This document shows positions 51,501 to 64,000 of a DNA stretch of 64,000 bases, in pieces (position 1 is the first letter of the stretch; the number at the start of each line of letters is the position of its first letter). The notes beneath the pieces are model-generated. The model worked only from the letters and a program-made list of their open reading frames with translations, ran no database searches and was not told where the DNA came from. A program made the translations under genes and the position numbers. The stretch comes from Azolla caroliniana (lineage: Eukaryota; Plantae; Polypodiophyta): the NCBI GenBank assembly GCA_043228905.1, contig JBHGNT010000008.1:11470001-11534000 (forward strand). Reading direction: 5' to 3'.

Positions 51501-54500
51501 ATGGTGGATCGGATGGCAATGGCAGTTCGGGTACATCGATGAAAAAGTAAAGTAATCAAAAGTGGAGCCTCACCAAAATTGGCACATACTAGTGGATGTG
51601 CAGGTTTGGTGGGGGCGAATGTCGTGTGAATCTTCACACACTATGTAAAAATAAATAAATAAAATAAAGAAATAATTATTTTAGATTAGATTAGTAGCTT
51701 GTTATAGAAATATGGATGTACTCAAGAGCTTCAAAATGCATTTTACTACATACAAAATAGACAACTACATATCAAGTTAGGTGGACATGAAGCTTGAGAA
51801 GATAAGGAAAATAGAATTTTGAAGTATCCCACATAGATTGGAAACTTAAGGCCCTGGCTATATAAGCACATTGAGATCCCTCATTTTTCATTTGTGCTAA
51901 GAGCACTTTGGCCACTTTGTCTAGATGGATGAATGTGGCCAAGTTCCCAAAACCGACTAGCAATAAAATGGAACTGGCTGGTAATGGAACCGGAACCGAC
52001 CAGTAATGGAATTGGAACTAGTCGGTAATGGAATTGGAACTTGCCGGTAATCAAAATGGATGCGGCCAGTAAGCAAACCGGAACCTATCGGTAAGCGATG
52101 TTGAACCGGCTGGTAATCAAACCGGAACTAGCCGGTAAGCAAACTGGAACTGGTCGGTAAGCAAACCATGAAGCAAACTAGAACCGACTGGTAAGCAAAC
52201 CGGAATAGGCTGGAAAGCAAACCGGAATTGGCCAGTAAACAATCCGGATTTGGCCAGTAAGCAAACTAGAACCGGTCAGAAAGCAAAAAGGAACCAACCG
52301 GTAATCAATTCGGAACCAGCCGGTAAGCAATCCGGAACCGGCTGGTTAGTAAACCGGAACCGGTCGGTTAGCAATCCGGAACCAACGAAATCGGCAATCG
52401 GATGGTGTCGGAAACCGGGCAAATTTGACAATCGGCGACGATCGAGACGGACAGATGATAAGATCATGTGGCTAATTAAAGTAAAGTGAACTAAAGTAAA
52501 GGTCATGTGGACGGTCGCATGCAACTAAAAGAAAAAGCGATGCAACGAAAAATGGATGCAACTAAAAGTAGAGGTCATGCAATTAAAAGTGGACATGCAA
52601 AGTAACATGGAAGGCTATGATCAACGCAGAACTCCATATAGTATTCCATTTTTTTTCCTACACTCATCCTCTCTCCATTATTTTTCTTTTCCTTCTCAGC
52701 TCCCTTATCTTAGGGAAGCAAAAAAACCTAAATTTCCCAACGGAAGCGATATCTCTCATAAACTCTAATTTCCTTACGGAAGCCAAAAACCCTAATTTTC
52801 CATACGGAAGCTATTGAACTCATAAACCGTATTCTCTTATCACTAATTTTTAATCGAATACATATCTCCATTAGCTAAACTTTTTGTAATCTCCATAACA
52901 CTCAAAAACCCTAATTTTCCCTACGGAAGCCATCACACTAAAAAAACCCTAATTTCCCTACGGAAGCCATAAGACTCAAAAACCATAATTTTCCCTACGG
53001 AAGCCATAAGATTCAAAAACCCTAATTTCCCTACGGATGCCATAAGACTCAAAAACCCTAATTATCCGTATGGAAGCCGTAAGACTCAAGCAACCCTAAT
53101 TTCCCTACGGAAGCCATAAGACTCAAAAACCCTAATTTCCCTACGGAAGCCATAAAACTCAAAAACCCTAATTTTTCCTACGGAAGCCATATCTTTCAAA
53201 ACCCCTACTTTTTCTTTTCTATTAATCTCAGTAAACCTAAAACTTCTGAATCCCAATCTTGGGACATATTGTAATTTCTTTTCCTTTGTTAATGAAAATC
53301 ATTAAAATTTTTATTTTCGTTAATTGTTTAAAATATAAAAGCATGAATGTGATATCCTCTCGTTGGAGGCCCCAGGGTCCTGCCTCAAGTTCACCTATCC
53401 TAGTCGTATTTTTGCGACATCTTTGGTGAACCCGACGTGAAATGAGGCGGCAGGGGGATATCTCATGGAGGCATATAGATACAAAGAGTCGAAGAGATGC
53501 AAACTATACGAGTTCGACCAATGGGTATCATCATTAAAGACCCACGAAAGTGCCATGCATGCTTTCGTTGAGTTTGAGTGTCGCTTTGCACAACTCTCGG
53601 AGCGGGATCAAAGATTGTTGGGGGTGGATAAAGTCCTAATGTTTGTGAAGTTAATCGATCGGAAGGAAAGGAAGGCCATTGGAATCTGACTTGAGGATGA
53701 CAATGGTGCAAATGGCCTCGCCGAGGATTGGATGAAAGGAGAAAGAGAATGTCGACTACACGATAAGAGGAAGACAAGATTCTTATCGGCAAGAACACAA
53801 CCCATGACAAATGGTGAAAGGAGGGAAGGGAACTACAAACTACCACCTAAAGAAGAGAGCTTGAAGAGGGAAGGTTTGATGGTACTCGACATAGAGACCT
53901 TCATAAACGAGGCATATGAGAATTTAAAGGTGCAAGTGAAGGCCAAAGAAAATCTTATAATGGAACCAAAACAGATTAAAAGGGTTATCAAGGAAGACGA
54001 GACCTCCCAACAAAGGTGGCGTCATGATATGTCCAATATGAAGGCCCAAGTTCGGTACGACAGCACCACAGGAGAACATGTGGAACAAGGCGCCTTCTTC
54101 TCTTGCAAAGAAACAATGACGAAGAATGAAATCAATGAATCGAGGGTAGCAAATGTCACTTCAAGCGAGGAAAAATGTTTGGAAACACGCATCGTGTCTG
54201 AAATATGAAGTGATGAAGGTGTAAGTATGAGCAAAGCTTGCATGATCAAGGGAAATAAAAACTGTGAGATCAACATGATTGAGGAGGTAGCCACGAGAAA
54301 TGACATCGAGTCAGAGGTGGCTATGGACGAGTCAATAGCGGATGGCTGTGTCGAGACTTTCTCCACACTTGTTCCAGAGACTAGGGCAGATGCGTCAGAA
54401 AGCAAAAGTGAGACCCAAGAGACGGAAGGTGGCGGTGAGGAAGTGAAGGCAGAGGCTAACACATGCGAAGAAGAAGGAGACGTCAAGATGAAGAGGGTAG

Positions 54501-55960
54501 ACGATGATCATGAAGAGACTTTCCCCACACTCGTTGTTGAGACTTGGGCATTAACCGATGTAAGACCCAAGAGATGGAAGGTAGCGGCGAAGAAACAAAG
54601 GTCAAAACCAATGCAGACAACGATAAGGTGCACGCGGCTAAGGGTAGTACGACAAAGTCAATGCCAAACTACAAAATTCCTCCACACTCGTTCGAGAGAC
54701 TTGGGCATTAACCGATGTAAGACCCAAGCGAAGCACGGTGGCGGCGAGGAAGCAAGGGTTAAAGCTAATGTGTGCAACAAGCACGTAAAGCAAAGCAAAA
54801 TGACGAAAATCCATGCGTGCGACAAAGAGGTCAAGCAAAGCACGAAGACAAAAGCTAATGTGTGCGACAAAGAGACCAAACAAACCTCAAAAAGCAAAGA
54901 TATGGGCCAAGTGGGCCAAACGGATATGAAAGATGTGATCACAAAATCTAAAAAGGATAATACTAGCGTAGAAGTCATGGTCAAGTCCAACACGAGAGTA
55001 TACCAGGAAATGAGTGCAAAAAGTGAGAAGCATGAAATGTGTTCACTTAAGGACCTTGAGATGAGCATGTAGTTGAAGAATGAACCACTAAGAGTACTCA
55101 ACAATAATATTTCGACAAGGCCTTCGAAAGGCATGCATGGAACAAGAAAGAATGATAAAAGAAAATTAGATGACCAAGGAGATGGCTGAGATGAAGGTAG
55201 CACATGCATAAGGAGTGAAGCATTATGCTCTAGAGGAGCAAAGAGAGCCATGACAATTGGTCATGGAAATGCAAAGAGTGGACGAAGAATATGGTGGATC
55301 GGATGGCAATGGTGATTCGGGTACATTGATGAATAAGGAAAGTTATCAAAAGTGGAGCCTCACCAAAATTGGCACATACCGGTGGATGTGCAGGTTTGGT
55401 GGGGGTGAATGTCGTGTGAATATTCACACACTATATAAAAACTATGTAAAAATATAGTGAAATAATTATTTTAGATTAGATTAGTAGCTTGTTATAGAAA
55501 GATGGATGTACTCAAGAGCTTTAAAACACATTTCACTACATACAAAATGGAAGTTATGAGAAATGAAGTTTGAGAAGATAGGGAAAATAGAACTATGATT
55601 TATCCCACATAGATAGGAAACTTAAGGCCCTAGCTATATAAGCACATTGAGATCCGTCATTTTTTATTTGCGCTAAGAGCACTTTGTCCACTTATTCTAG
55701 ATGGATGAATGTGGCCAAGTTACGAAAAAACCAAACTGGAACCGGTCGGAAAGCAAATCGGAACTGGTCAAAAAGCAAATCATAATCGGTTGGTAAGCAA
55801 TCTGGAATTGGCCAGTAAGCAAACTGTAACCGGTTGGAGAGCAAACCGGAACCTGCCAGAAAGCAAACTGGAACTGGCCGGAAAGCAAAAGGGAATCGGT
55901 CGGAAAGCAAACTGTAACCGGTTGGAAAGCAAACCGGAACCGGTTGGAAAGCAAACCGGA
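48520..55960 (+). mobile_element. Shared-LTR chain of non-autonomous tRNA-Trp elements with type-B LTRs (LTR-int-LTR-int-truncated LTR)
   Basis: LTRs 48520-49745, 51620-53419 and 55410-~55960; PBS at 49750 and 53424; PPT ggtggggg(c/t)gaa before 51620 and 55410; decayed gag-like ORFs (DKVLMFVKSIDRKE homologues). Confidence 0.88.
52904..53195. repeat. ~37-bp telo-box (AAACCCTAA)-containing tandem repeat, 8 units, within a type-B LTR
   Basis: Unit aaaaaccctaatttccctacggaagccataagactc. Related arrays at ~49405-49535, ~60950-61185 and ~63630-63745. Confidence 0.9.
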
Positions 55961-57483
55961 ATATGTGCATAGTGCGGAATCCATATGTGATAGAATGCAC
56001 ATGCTCCAAGAAACCTTCGAACTTCGGATTGTGACTCGCATACTTCTTTCACAGCTTGAATCGCATCGATCTTGGTTGGTGACGGTCTTTAGCTGTAGGG
56101 CCCACATAGATATCCGATTACCAATATTTCTTCTTGCCCGAATGCTGATTTCTCATCGGAAAGTGTTAGGTGCACATCTTGTAACCTCCAAAGCACTTTC
56201 TCGCAATCATGAATATGGTCGACTACGAACTTTCGGCATCCCCGATCATCCATAGTTTCATCTTTTTTTTCTACCACACATCCTTTCATAGGAATGTCAT
56301 CTAGGAACGGCATCGTTATCTTCGGAATGCAATCTCGAAGAACCTTGTTCATTGCATTCATCATATGTGCAACCGAGTTCGTCGTGCAATCGAGTGGTAG
56401 CGTACACATCCGGACTAATCCTATCGGTGTCCATATGGTAGTGATGTCTCGGCTCTCCACAGCTAGTTGGAATTGGTCATACGTCTCCGATGGAGTATAT
56501 CGCACGACCGGCAAATGCTTCCACAAATTCTTCGACTATGGGACCGACTCTGGAGTTTTGGATCGTGACCTTGTTCACCAGTTGCAAGTCTTGGATAAAT
56601 CAGAGGGACCCATTCTTCTTCGGAACCGTAAACCATCGATTTGAGTATGGAGCGTTTGATGGCTCTAGAATCCCCATCGCCACCTTCTCCTTGAGCAAGT
56701 CGATGATTTTGGGAATATGCGCCCGCGACATCGGAATCGGCTTCAGGTTCCACAGCACACGGTCAATCGTGAAGATCACCATCGACTCCACTATCTTCGG
56801 ATCAACGCACCTTATCTCCTTCGATGTGAATGCAAATGCTTTCCCATGTTGTTCCAACATCCCACAGAATCGTTCTTCTTCAGTTTGTAAAAGGAAACCA
56901 CCTCCACCGATCCGAAGTTTCTTCCGGGTCTTATCCGTGAAGGCATGTCTGATATCCACGGACTTCCGAAGTATCGGATCTCTTGAGACTTCTTTCCTCT
57001 TTTGCTCACTATCGGCGGGTAATGGTCCCGCGGCCTGTTTCACTTTCTTCTCCACAGTCTTGTATTTCGTACTTACCATTGCTTCTTCTTTGCGGAGCAC
57101 ATCCGGCCCCATTTTCGCAACGATCTCGTACATCTCGACCGATTCCACCGGGACTACCCGGTCTCCTTGGCTTTTATCCTCCACAAGCTCTTCAGGCCGT
57201 TGTTGCGTGCTCCCATAGAACACTTCATCGACTACCCCCACGATTTCTTCGTCTTCTTTTATTATTGATGCCGACTGCAACTTATCCTCTACTCTTCGGT
57301 ATTCTTTCTTCTTTCCTTTGGTTACGACCATGTATGTAGATGCCCCATCCGGACCGATTCATACTTGTTTTTCTCTGAGAGTTTTCTTCCTGTGTGGGGT
57401 ATCATGGCTTCTCGGATTATCACTTCCCCACTCCGCAACACTCCGCTCTAAAAATCCATGCTTGTTTGGGACAAGAGCTCTAG
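55961..57483 (-). mobile_element. Second fragment of gypsy E-lineage pol (RT region)
   Basis: PSNAPYSNRWFTVPKKNGSL, MPFLDDIPMKG, VRRFLGACAFYHIWIPHYAH; homologous to 46754-47700. Confidence 0.85.
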
Positions 57484-60400
57484 TGTCGTAGTGTGAATCA
57501 CACACTATGTGAAATATGTAAAACACTATATCCGATTTAGAGTACGTATAATAAATAATAAATAAAATATTAAAAATATTTATTACGTGCATAGGGCAAG
57601 ATTTGAACCCTGTAGCTCCACGTAGACAAACCCCAGCCTTACCACTATACTAGCATACTATGAATTTTAAAGTTATACTAAACTTTATCCATGTAAATAT
57701 TCTAGATATGCATGGTACAAAAAGTTATTCATGCATGCACACTCGAGTTAAAAGAGAAGATGGGATAGAAAGCTAATCATGCACATGCAGTGTGCATGAA
57801 AACTAAAGTTAGGAAAAGCATGATGCTTGGATGTGATAAACTTAGACTCTTCCAACACTATATAAGGAAGAGAGAAAGATGTAGAGGATTGTTGATTTTT
57901 TTTTTAGAAGGATTGATTAATACAAAATATTCGTGGGATTCATGATTTTACCATCTAATTCTCTCTTACAATCTAATTACCCATTAATGCATTATACTCG
58001 TGGGATTCACGGGTTTCATATCTTCTTCTTACAATCTCTTCCTAACTAACATTATCTCATATTCTTCTTTCTCCGAGTCCAAAACCCCAGCGGTTCCCAC
58101 CCGACTCACACAAACGATCCAGCGCCGAAAGGCATGACACAGTGGTGAACCCGATGTTAAAGAGGTGGTAGGGAGGATATCAAGTGCAAAGATGGCTTCG
58201 ACAAGCGGAACTCAAGGAGAAGAATTGATGAAAGGCATCATGTCCGTCGTAGAAATCATGCTCAAGGCGAGAGATCGAGAGGCTTTTATCAACGAAGCTA
58301 GATACAAAGACTCGAAGAGATGCAGCCTATACGAGTTCGACCAATGGGTGCCATCGATGAAGACCCACCACAGTGCCATGCATGCTTTTGTTGAGTTTGA
58401 GTGTCGCTTTGCGCAACTCTCGGAGCGGGATCAAAGATTAGTGGGGGACGATAAAGTCCTAATGTTCGTGAAATCGATCGATCGGAATGAAAGGAAGGCC
58501 ATTGGAATCCAACTCGAGGATGACGATGGTGCAAATGTCCTCATCGAGAATTGGGCCAAAGTGGAAAGGGTATGTCGACAACATGACGAGAGGAAGACAA
58601 GATTCTCGTCGACAAGAACATGACCCATGAGAGAGGATCAAAGGAGAACGGGATGTGGCAATACACCACCACCGAAGGAAGAAAGCTCGAAGACGGAAGA
58701 TTCGATACTCAACATAGGAGCCTTAATTAGAGAAGCAATAGAGAACTTAAAGGTGCAAAGTGATGCTGAAGAGAAGCTTCAAAAGGAGCAAAAATTGAAG
58801 CAGATGGTGAGCGAGGACGAAGAGACCTCCCAACAAATGTGGATTAATGATACGGCCAATACGAAGGCCCAAGTTCAATACGACAACACCACGGGAGAAG
58901 GTGTGGAACAAGATGCCTTTGTCTTTCAAAGAAACAATGATGAAGAATGAAACCAATGAATCGAGGGTGGTGAATGCCACTTCAAGCGAGGACAAATGTT
59001 TCGGAACACGCATCGTGTCTGAAACATCATGTGATGAAGGTGCAAGCATGAGCAAAGCTTGCATGATGAAGGGAGATAAAAAGTGTGAGGTCAACATGAT
59101 TGAGGAGATAGCCACGAAAAATGACATCGAGTCAGAGGTGGCTATGGACGAGTCAATGGCGGGTGGTCGTGTCAAGACATTTTCCACAGTTGTTCTAGAA
59201 ACTTGGGCAGATGTGTCGAAAAGAAAATGTGAGACCCAAGAGACGGAAGGTGGCGGCGAGGAAGTGAAGGCCGAAGCTAACACATGCGAAGAAGAGGGAG
59301 ATGTCAAGATGAAGAGGGTAGACAATGATGATGAAGAGACTTTCCCCACAAAAGTTCCTGAGGCTTGGGCATTAACCGATGTAAGACCTAAGAAACGGAA
59401 GGTGGTGGTGAAGAAGCAAAGATCAAAGCCAATGCGAACAACCATAAGGTGGAAGTGGCTAAGGGTAGCACAACAAAGGCAATGGCAAACTACAAAATTG
59501 TATAAATCCCTCTACACTTGTTTGAGAGACTTGGGCATTAACCGATGTAAGACCCAAGAGAAGGATGGTGGCGGCGAGGAAGCAAGGGTTGAAGCTAGTG
59601 TGGGCAACAAGGAAGTCATGGTCCACTCCAAAGTATACCACGAAAGTAGAAAAACTGAGAAGCATGAAATGTGTTCACTTAAGGACCTCGAGGTGAGCAT
59701 GCAGTTGAAAAATGGACCACTAAGAGTACTCAACAATAGTATTTCGATAAAGCCTTCGAAAGGCATGCATGAAACAAGAAAGGATGATAAAAGAAAGTTA
59801 GATGACCAAGGAAATGGTCGAGATGAAGGTGACACATGTACAAAGCATACAACGTTATGCTCTACAGGAGAAAAGGCAGCCATGACAACCAGCCATGGAA
59901 ATGCAAAGAGTGAGCGAAGAATATGGTAGATTGGATGGCAATGGCAGTTCGGGTATGAAGAAGAAACATCGATGAAGTAGAGTAATAAAAAGAGGAACCT
60001 CACCACAATTGGCACATACTGGTGGATGTGCAGGTTTGGTGGGGGTGAATGTCGTGTGGTTTTTCACACACGATATGAAAACTAGTAAAACAATTATTTA
60101 AGATTAGCTTAATGTATTCATATGGAAAGATAGATGTCTTCAAGAGCTTCATAGCGTATTTTACTACGCATGAAACGAATAAACAAGTATCAAGTTATGT
60201 GAGTGTGAAGTTTAAAGAAGAAAAAAGAAACGACAAAACAGTGAGATATCCCACATAGATAGGACAACATTGGAACCCAGGATATATAAGGGAAACCAAA
60301 ACTTATTCATTCTATCAATGTTTGCAGCATAGAATGTTCAAGGTGACTTTATGGATGATTGGATCATTTGGCCGAATTATACGGACGGTCGCATGCAACT

Positions 60401-60935
60401 AAAACTAAAAGGCATGCAACTAAAAATGGAAGCATGCAACTAAAAGTAGGGGCCATGCAACTAATAATAGAGGCCATGCAACTAAAGGTGGACATGCAAG
60501 GTAACATTGGGGAGGAGGATCAACAAAGAGCTTGATATATGTTCCATTTTTTTTCATCTACTTTTTTTTCCTTCTTCTTCTCTCGGAGATTTCAAAACCA
60601 AACTATCTCTCATATTGATATCACATTCTTAGCTTGGCTTGCTCAATCTTCCTTGTCAAAAATTATCTTTGATATTCATATAGGACCACTCCTTATATGG
60701 TTGTTGGCTCCTTTCTTTAAAAATTTTATCTCTCATTTTCATTTCCAACCCGTTCTAACAAGATTCTTGAATTATAAAAGAATCTATTTTCTTATGCAAT
60801 AAACAAACGTTTTCTCTCATTTACTCGTCTTATATGTGAATTTTGCTTGTGTTGTACGTGTTGCACTAAATCCTTCTAGTCCAACCCTGGCAGTTCCGCC
60901 TCACGATCCGCACATAGTGACGGATTTTCACGACA
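57484..60935 (+). mobile_element. Chimeric tRNA-Trp element: type-A 5' LTR, internal region, type-C 3' LTR
   Basis: LTR 57484-58139 resembles 11180-11904; PBS at 58143; gag-like ORFs 58165-59929; PPT; then LTR 60050-60935, related to type B rather than type A. Confidence 0.82.
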
Positions 60936-60948
60936 TAATAAAGTGGTC

Positions 60949-63900
60949 ATAAACCCTAATTTCCTTACGGAAGCCAAAAACCCTAATTTTCCCTACGGAA
61001 GCCATATCTCTCATAAACCCTAAATTTCCTTACGGAACTCATAAACCCTAATTTTCCTTACGGAATCCATATCTCTCATAAACCCTAATTTCCTTATGGA
61101 AGCCAAAAACTCTAATTTTCCCTACGGAAGCCATATCTCTCATAAACCCTAATTTCCCTACGGAAGCCATATCTCTCAAAACCCCTACTTTTCTTTTCTA
61201 TTAAATTTAGTAAACCTAAACTTCTGAATCCCAATCTTGGGACATATTGTAATTTCTTTTCCTTTGCTCATGAAAAATTATTAAATTTCTTAATTCCATT
61301 AATTGTTAAAAATATAAACACACGAATGTGATGTCCTCTGGTCGGAGGCCCTGGGGTCCTGCCTAAAGTTCACGTGACCTAATCGTATTTTCGTGACTCT
61401 TTGGTGAACTCGACGTGAAACATCAAGTGATGAAGGTGCAAGTATGAGCAAAGCTTGCATGATCAAGGGAGATAAAAATTGTGAGGTCAACATGATTGAG
61501 GAGGTAGCCATGAGAAACGACATTGACTTAGAGGTGGCTATGGACGAGTCAATAGCTGATGGCCGTGTCGATACTTTCTCCACACTTGTTCCAGAGACTA
61601 GGGTAGATGCGTCGGAAAGCAAATGTGAGACCCAAGAGACGGAAGGTGGCGGCGAGGAAGTGAAAGCCGAGGCTTACACATGCCAAGAAGAAGGAGATGT
61701 CAAGATGAAGAAGGTACATGATGACCACGAAGAGACTTTCCCCACACTCGTTCTGGAGACTTGGGCATTAACTAATGTAAGAACCAAGAGATGGAAGGTG
61801 AACACCAAGAAACAAAGGTCAAAACCAATGCGGATAGCCATAAGGTGGATGCGGCTAAGGGTCGCACGACCAAGGCAATGCCAAACTACAAAATTCCTCC
61901 ACACTCGTTTGAGAGACTTGGGCATTAACCGATGTAAGACCCAAGCGAAGGACGGTGGCGGCAAGGAAGCAAGGGTTAAAGCCAATGTGTGCAACAAGGA
62001 CGTAAAGCAAAGCAATATGACGAAAGTCCATGCATGCGACAAAGAGGTCAAGCAAAGCACGAAGACAAAAGCTAATGTGTGCGACAAAGAGACCAAACAA
62101 ACCTCAGAAAGCAAAGATATGGGCCAAGTGGGCCAAGCGGATATGAAAGATGTGATCACAAAACCTAAAAAGGATAATACTAGCGTAGAAGTCATGGTCA
62201 ACTCCAACACGATAGTATACCACGAAAGTGGAAAAAATTGAGAAGCATTAAATGTGTTCATTTAAGGACCTTGAGATTAGCATATAGTTGAAGAATGAAC
62301 CACTAAGGGTGCTCAACAATAGTATTTCGACAAGGCCTTCGAAAAGCATGCATGGAACAAGAAAGAATGATAAAAGAAAATTAGATGACCAAGGTGATGG
62401 CTGAGATGAAGGTGGCACATGCATAAGGAGTGAAGCACTATGCTCTAGACGAGCAAAGAGAGCCATGACAATTGGTCATGGAAATGCAAAGAGTGGACGA
62501 AGAATATGGTGGGTCGGATGGCAATGGTGATTCGGGTACATCGATGAAAAAGTAAAGTTATCAAAAGTGGAGCCTCACCAAAATTGGCACATACCGGTGG
62601 ATGTGCAGGTTTGGTGGGGGTGAATGTCGTGTGAATCTTCACACACTATGTAAAAAACTATGTAAAGAAATAATGGAATAATTATTTTAGATTAGATTAG
62701 TAGCTTGTTATAGAAATATGGATGTACTCAAGAACTTTAAAACGCATTTCATTACATACAAAATGGAAGTTATGAGAACATGAAGTTTGAGAAGATAGGG
62801 AAAATAGAACTATGATTTATCCCACATAGATAGGAAACTTAAGGCCCTGGCTAAATACGCACATTGAGATCCCTCATTTTTCATTTGTCCTAAGAGCAGT
62901 TTGTCCACTTTGTGTAGATGGATGAATGTGGCCAAGTTACCAAAATACCAAACTGGAATCGGTTGGAAAGCAAACTAGAACCGGTTGGAAAGCAAACCGG
63001 AACAGGTTGGTAAGCAATATGGAACTGGCCGGTAAGCAATCTGGAACTGGCCGGTAAGCAAACAGGAACCGGCTGGAAAGCAATTCGGAACTAGCTGGTA
63101 AGCAAACCAAAACCGGCCGTTAAGCAAACTGGAACGGACCGGGTAATCAAATCGAAATTGGCGAAATCGGCAATCGGATGGAGTCGGAAACCGGGCGACA
63201 CAAGCAACCGGAAACCGGCAATCGGACGGAACCGACGATCGGACGAGGCTAGACGTGGACTAGGGTGATTGGATGGGCGGCGATCGAGACGGACGGATGA
63301 TAGGATCATGTGGCAAATTAAAGTAAAGTAAAGGAAACTAAAGTAAAGGGCATGTGGACGGTCGCATGCAACTAAAAGAAAAAGGCATGCTACTAGAAAT
63401 GGATGCAACTAAAAGAAAAAGGCATGCTACTAAAAATGGATGCAACTGAAAGAAAAAGGCATGCTACTAAAAATGGATGCAACTAAAAGTAGAGGCCATG
63501 CAACTAGAAGTGGACATGCAAAGTAACATGGAAGGCTATGATCATGATCAACGGAGAACTCCATATATATTCCATTTTTTTTCCCTACACTTATTTTCTT
63601 ATCCTTATTAGCTCTCTTATCTTATCGAAGCCAAAAACACTAATTTCTGTACGGAAGCCATAAGACTCATAGACCCTAATTTTCCCTACGGAAGCCATAT
63701 CTCTCAAAATCTAAAATCCCTTATCAAAGCCAAAACCCTAAATTTCTATTGAATCCATATTTAGTTTCTTCTAATCTATTATTCTAGTGATCTCCATAAG
63801 CTAAACTTTTGTAATCCCAATCTTGGGATTGATTGTAATCTTTCTTTCTATTTGTTAATGAAATTTGTCAATCTTTCTTATTTCCATTAATTGTTTAATA

Positions 63901-63984
63901 TAAACATATGAATCTGCTATCCTCTGGTCGGACGCCCCGGGGTCCTGCCTCAAGTTCACATATCCTCGTCGTATTTTCGCGACA
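60949..63984 (+). mobile_element. tRNA-Trp element with 5'-truncated type-B LTR, deleted internal region and complete 3' LTR
   Basis: LTR tail to ~61397; PBS at 61402 joined directly to mid-internal sequence (tgaaac microhomology); 3' LTR 62625-63984 ending CGACA. Confidence 0.85.
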
Positions 63985-64000
63985 TCGGAACCGACCGATA

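Noticed and set aside
63985-64000. TSD closing the right-hand chain
   Set aside because: The flank TCGG matches none of the left flanks (ACGT, CTAG). It resembles LTR-internal repeat and cannot be resolved at the window edge.

Overview
Land-plant nuclear DNA, dominated by LTR retrotransposons; a seed-free plant such as a fern is plausible but unproven. The only host gene is a 5-exon CIB/BEE-type bHLH transcription factor on the minus strand (31572-35629). Left of it are a decayed chromoviral Ty3/gypsy element and a nest of three Ty1/copia elements, with target-site duplications (TSDs) readable at each level. Right of it are another copia inserted in a decayed non-chromoviral gypsy and a chain of non-autonomous elements. 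The most unusual component is a family of gag-only LTR elements. They have TGTCG...CGACA termini, an exact 18-nt tRNA-Trp primer-binding site (PBS) and a 4-bp TSD (verified at one insertion). They form shared-LTR tandem arrays (3 near-identical 2777-bp units at 11180-20235, plus a heterogeneous chain at 48161-63984) and place dissimilar LTRs around a common internal region. One LTR type carries an antisense tRNA-like Pol III A/B-box module, reminiscent of the 5S-carrying Cassandra elements. All calls are by eye; no database search was run.
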